A stretch of 64,000 nucleotides of DNA, from contig NC_087437.1 in the NCBI RefSeq assembly GCF_036321535.1, forward strand, positions 16,928,001 to 16,992,000, written 5' to 3'. The notes beneath the pieces are model-generated. The model was not told where the DNA came from. It searched no databases and saw nothing but the letters and a program-made list of their open reading frames with translations. How positions within the stretch are numbered: the stretch's first letter is position 1; every line of letters begins with the position of its first letter. The translations under genes were made by a program, and so were the position numbers. Source of the DNA: Camelus dromedarius (Eukaryota). This document shows, in pieces, positions 13,283-25,300 of this stretch.

Positions 13283-15987
13283 AGTGCCATAGTAAGAATA
13301 TGCAAATTTTCTCTTTTTCTGTGCTCTGGAACAACTCACATAATGTTGGGGGTGGAAAACAGAAATACCGTTGGGTATCTGCTCTTTAGAGATGTAGAAA
13401 TTCTCATGTGAAATTGTGACGGCCTAGTGCTGTTTTTGTAAGGGAAGAGTGGCTTTTTGGTAATTTCCTCTGTTCTTTAATGTTAATGTCTCTAAACTTT
13501 ATCTTTGCTGGGGTCAGTTTTGGTAAAGTATATATATTTTGTTCTATGAATTACCTATTTCTTCCAGATTTTTAATGTACCTGCATAGGGTTATGCAGGG
13601 TTATATAGTCTGAGATTAGCAAAATCTATTCCAGTGGTTTTCTTCTCTAATATTTTTTGTTTTATGTTTCCTTAGTTACCTAGTAGTTGAAACACTTTAC
13701 TGATGTATTTTAGAGAGTCTGCTTTTTGGTTTCACTTTTTTAAAGCTATATATTTCTGCTTTTACGTTGATTAATTCTTTTTCTGCTTTCTTTCAGTTAA
13801 TCATCATTTTTCCCCCCTCTCAAACTTTTGAGCTAGAAATTTAAGAAATGTGTTTTCTTTCATTTTTGAGATCATATTTAAGTCCATTGTGGAGAACATA
13901 GCCAAACAGTTGCATCTAAAATATTATTTAATATTTTACTGGAGATATTAACAATGCAGTTAGACAAGAAGAAGATCAGTTAGAGGCAAAAAGCCTTGGA
14001 AAAGTTAACTTGTGCTTATAGATGACATAATATGCTAAAAATGCTAGAGAATGTGTGGTAAGACTGAAACAATAAACGGAACGGATATAAAATTAGCAGA
14101 AATAGTCATCATATGCACAAACAGTAACTAATTGTGTTAGTATAAAAATTCCTCTTACACAGCAATAAAGATAAAATATTTAGTAGTAAATCTATAGGGC
14201 AAGTTTTAAAACTTCTGAAAAACATGAAAATAAACTTTGAATAAATGCAGAGATACCCCTTATTCCTGGCTACTGGGTTAACATAAAAATATCAAAAGAA
14301 AAGCTGTGGTCATAATCTATATTTAAGCATGCTATAGTGAAAGCAGTGTGGTCTTGGCATGTAAATAGATCGGTGGAATAGAACAGAAAAGTCAGAAGTT
14401 GATTCAGTACATACAGAATTCGGGTATATACAATAAAGGTATTATCTCAGATTTCAGGGGCAAAGATTAGCTTTTTAGGAAGTGGTGCTGGACAACTGAA
14501 TAGCCAGTTAGGAAAATATAAAATTATATTTCTACTTTATACCATATACAAAAATAAACTACAAATAAGCTAGAGAACTAAATATAATAAGTGAATCCAT
14601 ATAAGTACTAGAAGAAATTGTAGGTAAATTTCTCTAACCTTAGGAGGTTTCAAAATCCAGTTTCAGTTTAAAAATTGATAAATTTGACTATGTAAACACT
14701 TAAAAATTCCACTCTGCATAGCAAAAAAGACGAAGTTAAAAGACAACCAAAAACTGAGAGAAAATATTTGCAATATATATTGCAACTTAAGGACCAATAT
14801 CCTTAATGTGTAAAGAACTTTTTAAAAAATTGAGGGACTAAAGACTAAAATTGACAGAAAAGCAGGTGAAAAACATTGTTATTTATAATTGCAAAATATT
14901 CTGGACAATCTGAATGTAAGTGTCAAAATAATGTAAACACGTAGGAGATGGTTGAATAAACTTTGGTGCAGCCATACAATAGAGTACTATGCAGGAGGGA
15001 AAAAGAGTGAGGAGAAGCTCTATGAACTGACATGGGAGTGATTCCCAGGGTTTATTACTAAGTGAAGAAACTCAGAGGGCAGGAGAGTATCTATAGTTTG
15101 TTTCTGTCCATCTATGGTGGAAGGAGAATTAATAAGCTATAAATCTACCTGCTTGTTTCTGCAACACACACACAAAAGATAAGTCAGAAAATGGTGACAA
15201 TAATGGGGTGGGTGAAGGGGGTGGGGAGTGACACTATTAAACTATATTAATGTTTATATATTAAAATAATAAAATCAAGACTGGGGGTAAGCCTTTGAAA
15301 TAGAAACAAATGAACTTGACTGTTTCAAATGAATAACTTGGACATAGTATTTGACTACTTACATTTATTCTAATGATAGAAATAGTTATAAAGAAATGCT
15401 GAATTTAATTAGTTTTTTTTTTTGAACTTATATGGGTCAGCAATTCTGAACCATTTCATTTCTATTTGAGGATTGAATAAATAAGTACATTTTGAGGATA
15501 ATGGAAGTTAGATGTCCACTGTAGGAGAAAGAGGTTATGGTATGGAAAGGGGGATACTAGAATGAACTAGTTGGATTGGACTAGAATTGGAGTTATCAGT
15601 ATGAACTCCTGGTTTTCATATTACTTATAGAAATAAGTTTGTGTGTGTGTGTGTCTGTGGATTTCCTAGCTCTGTGCTCTAGGTTAGGTTCTTAGAAACA
15701 ATCATTTACCCTGCTCCCCCATCCCTGGGACCTGGGCCTCTTGGAGAAATGGCTGATTCTATACTTGGGACAGAAAAAAATACAAGATGAATCTGAAAGT
15801 AAGATAGTGCTCAAAGAGTGATGGAGAAACATCAAAAGGGCACAAGATCTACCTTGAATGAGTCCCCACCGTCAGATATGGGACATTTGGAACATAATGT
15901 TGGTAAAGATTACAATCCACATAATAAAACAAAAGTCTATAATACTGTGGATTTCCCAAAGGAAATGGGAAAGACAAAGACATTTCT

Positions 15988-16147
15988 TATTTTTTTCAAA
16001 TTTATTATTATTATTATTTTTTGGTGGGGGGAGGTAATTAGGCTTATTTATTTTAATGGAGCCACTGAGGATTGAACCCAGGACCTTGCGCATGCTAGCC
16101 AGGCACTCTACCACTGAGCTAGACACCGCCCCCAACCTCCGCCCTGG
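15988..16147 (-). mobile_element. tRNA-derived SINE, camelid vic-1-like
   Basis: TAGCTCAGTGG A box, GGTTCAATCC B box, A-rich tail; TSD caaaga(c/a)atttct at 15975-15987 and 16148-16160. Confidence 0.85.
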
Positions 16148-17386
16148 CAAAGAAATTTCTGACGGTAGGATGCCAAGTAATAGAAGAAGGAAAAATGGAG
16201 TCAGAGAAATCATTTGGCAACTGTCATCACAGTAATCGGGTTAATAAGTGAGAATCATCAGTGAATGTTAACTAACCCTACTGGGGGAAAGCTTGATGAA
16301 GAATAGGATTTTTACATAATTTCACAATATTTCCCCACAAGATACTTACTAATAATAAGTGGAAAAATAGTAACTTTACAGGGGATAAACCTGGCATATA
16401 TCACCACTATTAATGGACAAATTGACATGTGCCTTTTGATGTGATTCACTTGAGAGGGTCTCACTCCTGTGACATTCTGCCAAAAATGCTTAACCTGAAA
16501 TTAAACATGAAGAAACATTAAACCAAAATAGGAGGCAAATAACCAAATAACTGATCTGTAGTCTTCAAAGATGTTATGAACATGAAAGACAAAGATTGAG
16601 GGGGAAAAAATTAAGGAAGGCTAAAGAGACATGACCACTAAAAGTACCAGGTGATCTTGGATCAGGTTCTAGAACCAGATTTTTGTTGCTATAAAGGGTG
16701 GTATTGGGATAACTGGCAAAATTTGAATAAGGTTTTATAATGGTTAATAATGTATTAATGTTGACTTACTGATTTGACAATATCACTGCAGTTATATAAG
16801 AGAATGTCCTGTTCTTAGGAGACAGACAAGTACTTAGAGGTAAAGAGGCATCATGTCTGTAATTTATTCTCAAACAGTTCAGGAAAAAAATTTGTGTGTA
16901 TATACATATATATAGCTAGAAAATGTATATACACACACATACTTGAGAGACAGAAAAGTGGGGTAGGCAGGTAGGGAGAGGGAACGATAAAGCTTACATG
17001 ATAAAAATAAATGGTGAATCTGGGTGAAGGATATTTAACTTCTTTTGTACTATTCTGGAAATTTTTATGTAAGTTTGAAACGATTTCAAAATAAGGTTAA
17101 AAAGTGTAATAAATATGCCAAATTCAAATAGAACCTTTAAAAGAGGTTGCACTGGCTTATCCTCCCCCAGCAGCGTGTGAGAGGGTTTTCCCCTCCTGTG
17201 GGGAGGAGGTGCTGCCTCTGCCTGGTGTCCTGCTTCCTTGAAGAACCTGTGGTGGGGAGGGAGTCCTCCAGCCTGTAATTCTGCAGTGTAAATGTCTGTA
17301 ATCCTGTAGCGTAAACGTCTATAATTCTGTAACATAGTTGTCTCTTGTTTATCATTTTGAGCTCAGGAGTAAATTTATCCCTGCAG

Positions 17387-17510
17387 GTGATCGATGAGCG
17401 AGAGTTTTTTGAGATCATGCCCAATTATGCCAAGAACATCGTCGTTGGTTTTGCGAGAATGAACGGGAGGACTGTTGGAATTGTTGGCAACCAGCCTAAG
17501 GTGGCTTCAG
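17387..17510 (+). CDS. PCCB: PCCB coding exon 10, 124 bp
   Basis: ctgcag|GTGATC...GCTTCAG|gtagga; encodes [41 protein letters not shown] (within ORF 17345..17668). Confidence 0.97.
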
Positions 17511-20500
17511 GTAGGAGGGAGAAGCTCTTCTGGACCTTGGGGTTGGGGGGCAGTGGTGGTGCTGTTGGGGGCCGGGGCTGCCTGGGCCCACGGTGCTCAT
17601 CTTCTGCCATCCGTAGCCAGAGGAAAAACTCAGATAGGTGTTGCTGCAAAAGCTCCTTTCTCTCTTAACTTCTCAGAATTAACAAGCATCTCAAAATGCT
17701 TCTTTCATACTTCCCTAATTTTTTAAGTTTATAGATAACCCTATTCCTCAACTTACAAGGTCTTTACTTCTTCAGAGGTCTGCTTTCTGTCCCCCTAATT
17801 AGATTATAACTCACCCACTAAACTGAGCTCCATGAGGCCAGGGGTGTTGGTGTCTTACTTAGTTTTATCCCTGGTGCCTTCAGTGGTGCCAGGTACCTAG
17901 TTGGTACGTGACGAGTTAACAGCATCTTGCTGTGTCTGTGCCTCACAGCTTTCTGGTGATGTGGCCAGACCTGGTCACGGCTGGGCAGTGGGGACTCTTC
18001 CATGGCTGTGCTCTGGGTGGGGTTGGGGGCTCTGGATACTGCTTCCCTCCTTACTATTTTCCTTTCTTTGGTTTTGGTTTCCTTTGAATCCCTGTGTGGG
18101 ATGAATACATCCTCCCTTTTTGACCCAACTTCATCTTTTATTTCTGCTATGGCAGTTTTTTCTTGTCTTTAGAAGAAGGTTTTTAAAGATGTTTTTTATT
18201 GTGGTGAAATACATTTAACATAAAATTTGCCATTTTAACCATTTTTAAATATGCAATGTGGTGGTGTTGGTTACATTCATAATGTGTGTAGCCATTACCA
18301 CTGCAGTCTCCAAAATTTTTTCAAATCCCAAATAGAGACTCCCTTTCATCCTAACCCCAGCACTGGGTAATCTTAATCTACTCTCTGTTTCTGTGAATTT
18401 ACCTATTCTATATATGCCATATAAGTGGAGTCAAATAATATTTGTTCTTTTGTGTCTAGTGTGTTTCACTTAGCATAATGTTTTCAAGGTTCATTTGTAT
18501 TGTAGCATATATCAGAACCTTATTTTGATTTTTCATGTTTGAGTAATATTCCATTACATGTATATCCTACATTTTGTTTAATCATTTGACTGTTGATGGA
18601 TACTTGAGTTGTTGGATATTGCAAATAATGTGACAATGAACATGGTGTACAAGTATCTGGTTGAATCCCTCTCTCCAGTTCTTTTGGGTGTATACCTAAT
18701 TGTGGAATTACTGAGTCATATGGTAATTTTAGATTTACTTTTTTAAGGAAATATCACACTTTTCCACAGTGGTTGCACCATTTTACATTTTCACTAGCAG
18801 TTCACAAGGGTTCCAGTTTCTTCATACTCTCGTCAACGCTTGTTATTTTCTGGTATATTTTGATAATAGCCAACCCTAGTGGGTCTGAAGTATTTTTTCA
18901 TTGTAGTTTTCATTTATATTTCCCTAATGATTAAGGATATTGAGCATCTTTTCTTGTGTTTACTGGCCATTTGCATATCTCTGGAGAAATATCTATTCAA
19001 ATCCTTTGCTCATTTTTAATTACTTGAAGTTTTTTGTTGTTGTTGTTGTTGAATTGTAGGATTTCTTTGTATATTTTGGATATTAAACCTTTATCAGAAT
19101 AAATGATTTGCAAATATTTTCTTCCGTTCTGTAGGTTGTATTTTCACTTTCTTGATAATGTCGTTTGACACACATAAGTTTTAACATTTTGTGAAGTTTA
19201 ATACTCTCTCTCTCTCTCTTTTTTTTGGTTGCTTATGCTTTTGTAGTCATATCTAAGAACTTATTCCCAAATCCAATGTCATGAAGGTTTCCCCCTGTGT
19301 TTTCTTTTAGGAGTTTTATGCTTTCAGCTTTTACATTTAGCTTTGATCAATTTTGAGTAGTTTTTATATATGGTGTGAGTTAGGGGTCCAGTATCTTTCT
19401 TTTGCATATAGAAATTATCCCAGCACCATTTGTTGAATAGACCATTTTTTTCTTATTGAATATACCTCGCCTTTTTGTCAAAAATCAATGGGCTACAGAT
19501 ATATGTGTTTATTTCTGGATTCTCAGTACTGTTCCTTTGGTCTACATGTCTCCATATGCTACTACCACACTGTTTTGATTACTTTAGGTTTGTACTTTAG
19601 TCTTTTCATGTTGTTGTTGTTTCCCAAGATTATTTTGGCTTTTTGGGGCCCCTTGCAATTCTGTCTGAATTTGACTATTGGCTTTTCCATTTCTGCAAAA
19701 AAGGTTGTTGGAATTTTGATCGGGATTGCATTGAATCTGTTGATCACTTCATATAGTACTGACATCTTAACAATGTTAAGTTTATGAACACAGAATGTCT
19801 TTCCATTTATTTTGGTCTTTTATTTCTTCAACAGTGTTTTGTAGTTTTTGCTGCACAAGTTTTTAACCTTTTGGTTAAATTTACTCTTAACTGTTTTATT
19901 CTTTTGGATGCTGTTGTAAATGGAATTCCTTTCTCAATTGACTTTTTGGCTTGTTCATTATTGGTGTATAGAAAGACAGCTATGCAACTGCTTTTTGTTT
20001 GCTGATCTTGTAACCTGCAGCTTTGCTGAATTCATTAGCTTTAGTAGCTTTCTTGTGGATTCTCTGGGGTTTTCTGTTTATAGGATCATGTTATATGTAT
20101 ATTGAACCACTTTTGCATTCCTGGGGTATGTCCCATTTGGTCATGGTGTATAATTTTTCTTTAAAAAAAAAAACAAACCTTCATTTTTTAGACCTCTTTT
20201 AGGTTCACAGTAAAATTGAGAGGAGACTACAGAGAGTTCCCATACATATCCTGTTTTCATACATGCACAGCTTATCCTGTTATCAGTATTCTGAACCAGA
20301 GTGGTACATTTGTTACCTGCCATTTGCAGCATCATACAGAGTGATATCACTTGCCCTAAAACTCCTGTGCTCCTCCTATTCATCACTCCCCTCCCCCTAA
20401 CATTGATAACCTGGTGACCCCTGGCAACCACTCGTCTGTTTACTGTTACCATAGTTCTCCTTTTCCAGAATGTCATATAGCTGGAATCACAGAGTATGTA

Positions 20501-20700
20501 GCCCTTCCAGGTCATCTTCTTCCACTTAGTAACAGGGAAGACACTGGTCTGAAAAGGTTATATACTCTGTGATTTCAGGTTTCTTCTACGCTGTTTCATG
20601 GCTTGATAGCTCATTTCTTTTTAGCGTTAAGATTAAATTGTCTGGATATACCACAGTTCATTTATCTATTCAGCTACTGAAGGACATCTTGGCTACTTTT

Positions 20701-21252
20701 TTTTTTTATTGTGATACTTGGTTTATTGGGGTGCTCTTGAATTGAATTTGCAGTATCTCCTAAGTATGCCTGTAGTTTTATTTCATAGGCCAATATTATC
20801 AGTGAATGAATATTTAAATAAGATGGAGGTACACTGACTACCCCATAATCCTACAAGAAAGTTTATCCAAGAAGAAGATGAATGTATTTTGAAGAAGGAA
20901 TCATTCACAATTATTATGGATACAAAAGGACACGTTTCCATTTAACCAGGAACAAGTGTAAAGCAATAATAGCTCTTGAAATTATTGCACATGTTGTGAT
21001 CAGCTAAGATACTAAGTGAAAACATGAGGAAGCAATAATGCATTTAAGGTAGTGATATATTATTATCGTTTAGAAATCATATCAGCAGATTATTAACGTA
21101 GGATTACTGAAAAAATAGCTGTTAGAGATAATGTAATAATTTTTGAGAAAGACTCAAAGGACATAAGAGCTCATCTAAAAGCTTTGGAAATACGTATCTA
21201 AATAAAATGAAATAGATTTTTTTTCTTAACAGCACCATTATTTATAATTGCC
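20701..21252 (-). mobile_element. Retroposed non-L1 polyadenylated sequence (orphan 3' transduction or truncated retrocopy)
   Basis: Perfect 17-bp TSD acatcttggctactttt (20684-20700, 21253-21269); poly(T) at the left end; minus-strand AATAAA at 20722-20727; AT-rich non-L1 body. Confidence 0.85.
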
Positions 21253-21683
21253 ACATCTTGGCTACTTTTGAGTTTTGGCAGCTACAAAAAGAGCTGCCAA
21301 AAACGTTCTTGTGCAAGTTTTCGTGTGGACATAAGTTTTCAACTCATTTAGGTAAACACAGAGGAGTGTGATTGCTGGCTCGAATCGTAAGAATATGTTT
21401 AGTTTGTAAGAAACTACCAAACTGTCTTCCAGAGTGGTTGTACTAATTTGCATTCCCACCAGCAGTAGATGAGAGTTCCTGGTGTTCCACATCCTTGTCA
21501 GCTTTTGGTGTTGTCAGTGTTCTGAATTTTGGCTGTTCTGATAGGTGTGGAGTGGTATCTTGTTTTAATTTGCATTTCCCTGATAATATGATGTGGAGCA
21601 TGCTTATTTGCCATGTCTGTGTTTTCTTTGGTGAGGTATCTGTTTAGGTCTTTTGCCCATTTTTTTATTTGGGTTGTTTTCTT

Positions 21684-21835
21684 TTTTTATTTTTGTTTTT
21701 GTTTTTTTCTTTGAGGAGGGGGAGGTAATTTGGTTTATTGGTTTATTTATTTATTTAATGGAGGTACTGGGGATTGAACCCAGGACCTTGTGCACGCTAA
21801 GCACATACTCTACCACTGAGCTATACCTTCCCCCC
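21684..21835 (-). mobile_element. tRNA-derived SINE, camelid vic-1-like
   Basis: Same A/B-box body; 15-bp TSD ttgggttg(t/c)tttctt at 21669-21683 and 21836-21850. Confidence 0.88.
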
Positions 21836-21861
21836 TTGGGTTGCTTTCTTCTTGTTGAGTT

Positions 21862-22371
21862 TGACCTAAATAGAAAGGCAGATGGAGGCAATCTCAAAAA
21901 TACGAGTTTACTCAAGAACAGCAGAGGAACTGCAGTTCAGAACAAGCAAATTGTAGCAGGCCACCAGTGAGAGTGTTGAGGGTTTGGGGCAGGTTGTATT
22001 TATGGACAGGAAATGTTAAGAAGGGAGAGTGCAGTTAGAGTCAGTTAAAATAAAAAACAAATAGAGACCAGCCTTGAAAGCTTCCTGAGCAGGCAAAACT
22101 AGTCCAGTCACATAAACGAAGCTCAGTTCAGCCCACTTTATGAGACCAACTCGACCTGGGTCATCTCCCGTTCATGAAACTTCCCAAGGTTGATATGAGA
22201 CATCTCCTGATCAATCCCCCATCTGAGAAAATTTCAGCATTATCAGTTTTCTGTAAATCAGGCATTTAAGGGAAATCACTTTCTTAGTCTTTAAGTTTTG
22301 TCTTTCTGAGGGCACATGTGAGATTCTCCTTTATATCCACCAGTTCTATTTTAGATTGAAATTCTTTCACA
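21862..22371 (-). mobile_element. ERV1-class solo LTR (510 bp) inserted into an L1
   Basis: TG...CA termini; 4-bp TSD AGTT at 21858-21861 and 22372-22375; the host L1 rejoins as gttgagtt|ttaagagttc; minus-strand CATAAATA and AGTAAA. Confidence 0.8.
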
Positions 22372-25300
22372 AGTTTTAAGAGTTCTTTGTATGTGTGAGA
22401 TAGCAGTCCTTTATCAGATGTGTATTTTGCAAATATTTTCTCCTAGTTTTTGTTTGTCTTCTCACTTTCTATATGTCTTTCACAGAGTAGAAGTTCTTAA
22501 CTTTAATCAAGTCCAGCTAGCCAAGTATTTCTCTCATGGATCATGCCAGAGTCACTTAGGTTTTCTCCTATGTTATCTTCCAGGAGTTTTATAGTTTTGT
22601 GTTTTATATTAAGTCTGTGGATGCATTTTGAGTTAATTTTTGTGAAAGGTATAATGTCTGGGTCTACATCAGGTTTTTTGCGTATGAATGTCCAGTTGTT
22701 ACAGCACATTTGTTGAAATGACTTTCTTCCATTGTATTACTTTTGCTCCTTTGTCAAAGATCAGTTGATTATATTTATGGAGGTCTATTTCTGGTCTCTC
22801 TATTATGTTCTATTGGTTTATTTCACCAATATTGTCCTGATTACTGCAGATTTATTATATGTCTTGCAGTAGGGTATTATCAATCCTCCAAGTTTTTTCT
22901 TCTTCAGTATTGTGTTGGCTAGTCTGGTTCTTTTGCCTCTCCATAAACTTTAGAATCAGTTTGTCAGTATCCACAGAATAACTTATTTGGATTTTGATTG
23001 GAAGTACATTAAATCTGTAGATCAGGTTGGAAAGAACTGACCTTTTGACAATATTGAGTCTTTCTATCCATGAACATGGAATAATTCTCCACTTATTTAG
23101 CTTTCTTCATTTTGTTCATCTGAGTTTTGTAGTTTTCCTCATACAGATCTTGTATTTTGTTATATTTATGCTTACATATTTCTTTTTGTAGGGGAGTGTG
23201 CTGATGTAACTTGCATTGTGTTAGTTTCAAATTCATTGCTGGTATATAGGAAAGTGATTGACTTCAGTAAGTTCACTTCGTATCCTGCAGCCTTGCTGTA
23301 ATTGTTCATTAGTTTCAGCTGTGTTTTTGTTAGTTCTTTAGGACTTTTTATATATACAGTCATGTTATCTGTGAACAAAGACAGATTTCTTCATTCCCAA
23401 TCAAAATTCTATCTTTTCTTGTTTTACCGTATTAGCTAGGACTTCCAGTACAATTTTGAAAAGGAGTGGCGAGAGGGCACGTTCTTGCCTTATACCTGAT
23501 CTTAAGTGGAAAACTTCTAGTTTTTCACCATTAGGTATGATGTTGTTAGCTGTAGGTTTTTGTAGATGTTTATCAAGTTGAGAAAGTTCCCCTGTGTTTC
23601 TCATTTGCTCAGTTTTATCATGAGTAGATACTGGATTTTGTGAATGCTTTTCTGTGTCTATTGATAGGTTCATGTGATTTTTCTTCTTTAACCTATTGAA
23701 TTAATGGATCATGTGAATTGTTTTTCAAATATTGAATCAATTTTCATACTTGAGATAAATTCCACTGGGAAGGTAGTGTATTTTGGTATGTTGTTGGATT
23801 TGATTTGCTGAATATTTTGTTGAGGATTCTTGCATCTGTTTGTGAGAGACATTGGTCTGTGGTTTTCTTCCCTTGTAATGCTTTTGTCTAGTTTTCATAT
23901 TAGGGTGATGATGGCCTCCTAGAGCGAGTTAGGAAGTATTTCCTCTGATTCTGTCTCCTGGAAGAGATTACAGAGAACTGATGTAATTTCGATTTCAGAT
24001 GTTTTGTAGAATTCAGTGAACCTTTCTGGGCTGCATTTGTTTTTTAAATCATGTAAGAAATTAAAAAAACCCACACAATTTCGTGTTACAAACAAAAAAT
24101 ATAATAATACTGTCTTTTATATTTCCCCATGTAACTATCTCTTCTGGAGATCTTCATTTTTTCATACAGTTTTGTGACACTGTCTAGTATTCTTTCATTT
24201 CAACCTGTTGGGACTCCCTTTACCATTTCTTGTAGGTTGGGCCTACTGGTAATGAACTCCTCAGCTTTTGTTTATTTAGGAATGTCTTAATTTTTCCCTC
24301 ATTTTGGAAGGACAGTTTGTGAAGTAGAGAGTTTTTGGTTGACGGTTTTATTCTTTAAACACTTTAAATATGTATTCCATTGTCTTCTGCCTTCCAGGGT
24401 TTCTGCTAAGAAATCAACTGGTAATCTTACTGAAGGTCCTTTGTGTGTGGATGAGTCACGTCTCTCTTGCTACTTTCCAGATTCTCTTTGTCTTTTGATA
24501 ATTTGACTGTAATGTGTCTCAGTGTGGGTTGTGAGTTTGTCCTACTAGGAGTTATAGTTTCTTGGATTTGTAGCTTTACGTCTTGTGCCAAATTTGAGAA
24601 ATTTTTGGACATTATTTCTTCAAGTAATCTCTCTGCCCTTTCTCTCTCCTTCGGGTGCTGCCTTGCTGTGTAGGTTGGTTCAGTTGATGGTAATGCATAG
24701 GTCCCTTATTCTCTGTTCACTTCATTTTTTTCATTTCTTCCTGCTCCTCAGACTGAATAATTAAAAATTTCTTATCTCCAGGTTTCTTGGTCCTTCTTCC
24801 TGCTGCCCCAGTCTTGTTGAACCTCTGTAGCAAATTTTTCATTTCAGTTGTTGCACATTTCAGCCCCAGAATTTGTTTTGTTCCTTTTTGTAATTTCTGT
24901 CTCTTTATTGATGTTCTTGTTTTGCTCATACATTGTTTTCCTGATTTTTTAGTGCTTCCTGTTTTTATCTCCTTGAGATTTAAGACAGTGGTTTTAAAGT
25001 CTTTGTTTAGTAATTTTGTGATCTGCATTTCCTCAGGGATGGATTCTTTTAATTTATTTTGTTCATTTGAATGGCTATACTTTCCTGTTTGTTTGTATGA
25101 TTTGTTATTTTTTTGTTGAAAACTGAACATTTGAATGTTACGATGTAGTAACTCTGGGACTCATAATCTCCCGTTTTTCCAGAGTTTGTTGTTTTGTTGA
25201 TTGTTGAATGCTGTAGTAGTCAAGTTGTCTATGTCTTTTCCCAGCTATTTTTGCAGAGGCTGTATTTCTTGCTGTATATAGTGACTGAAGTCTCTGTTCC

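Larger units (their letters stand above)
11900..17110. mobile_element. Cluster of ancient L1 fragments in PCCB intron 9 (minus ~11900-13870, plus ~13880-17110)
   Basis: T-rich then A-rich strand asymmetry with degenerate ORF2 and 3' UTR motifs; boundaries approximate. Confidence 0.6.

Noticed and set aside
11900..17110. Adjacent opposite-strand L1 pieces as a twin-priming inversion
   Set aside because: The two pieces appear to overlap in L1 coordinates and I found no shared TSD; independent ancient insertions are more likely.
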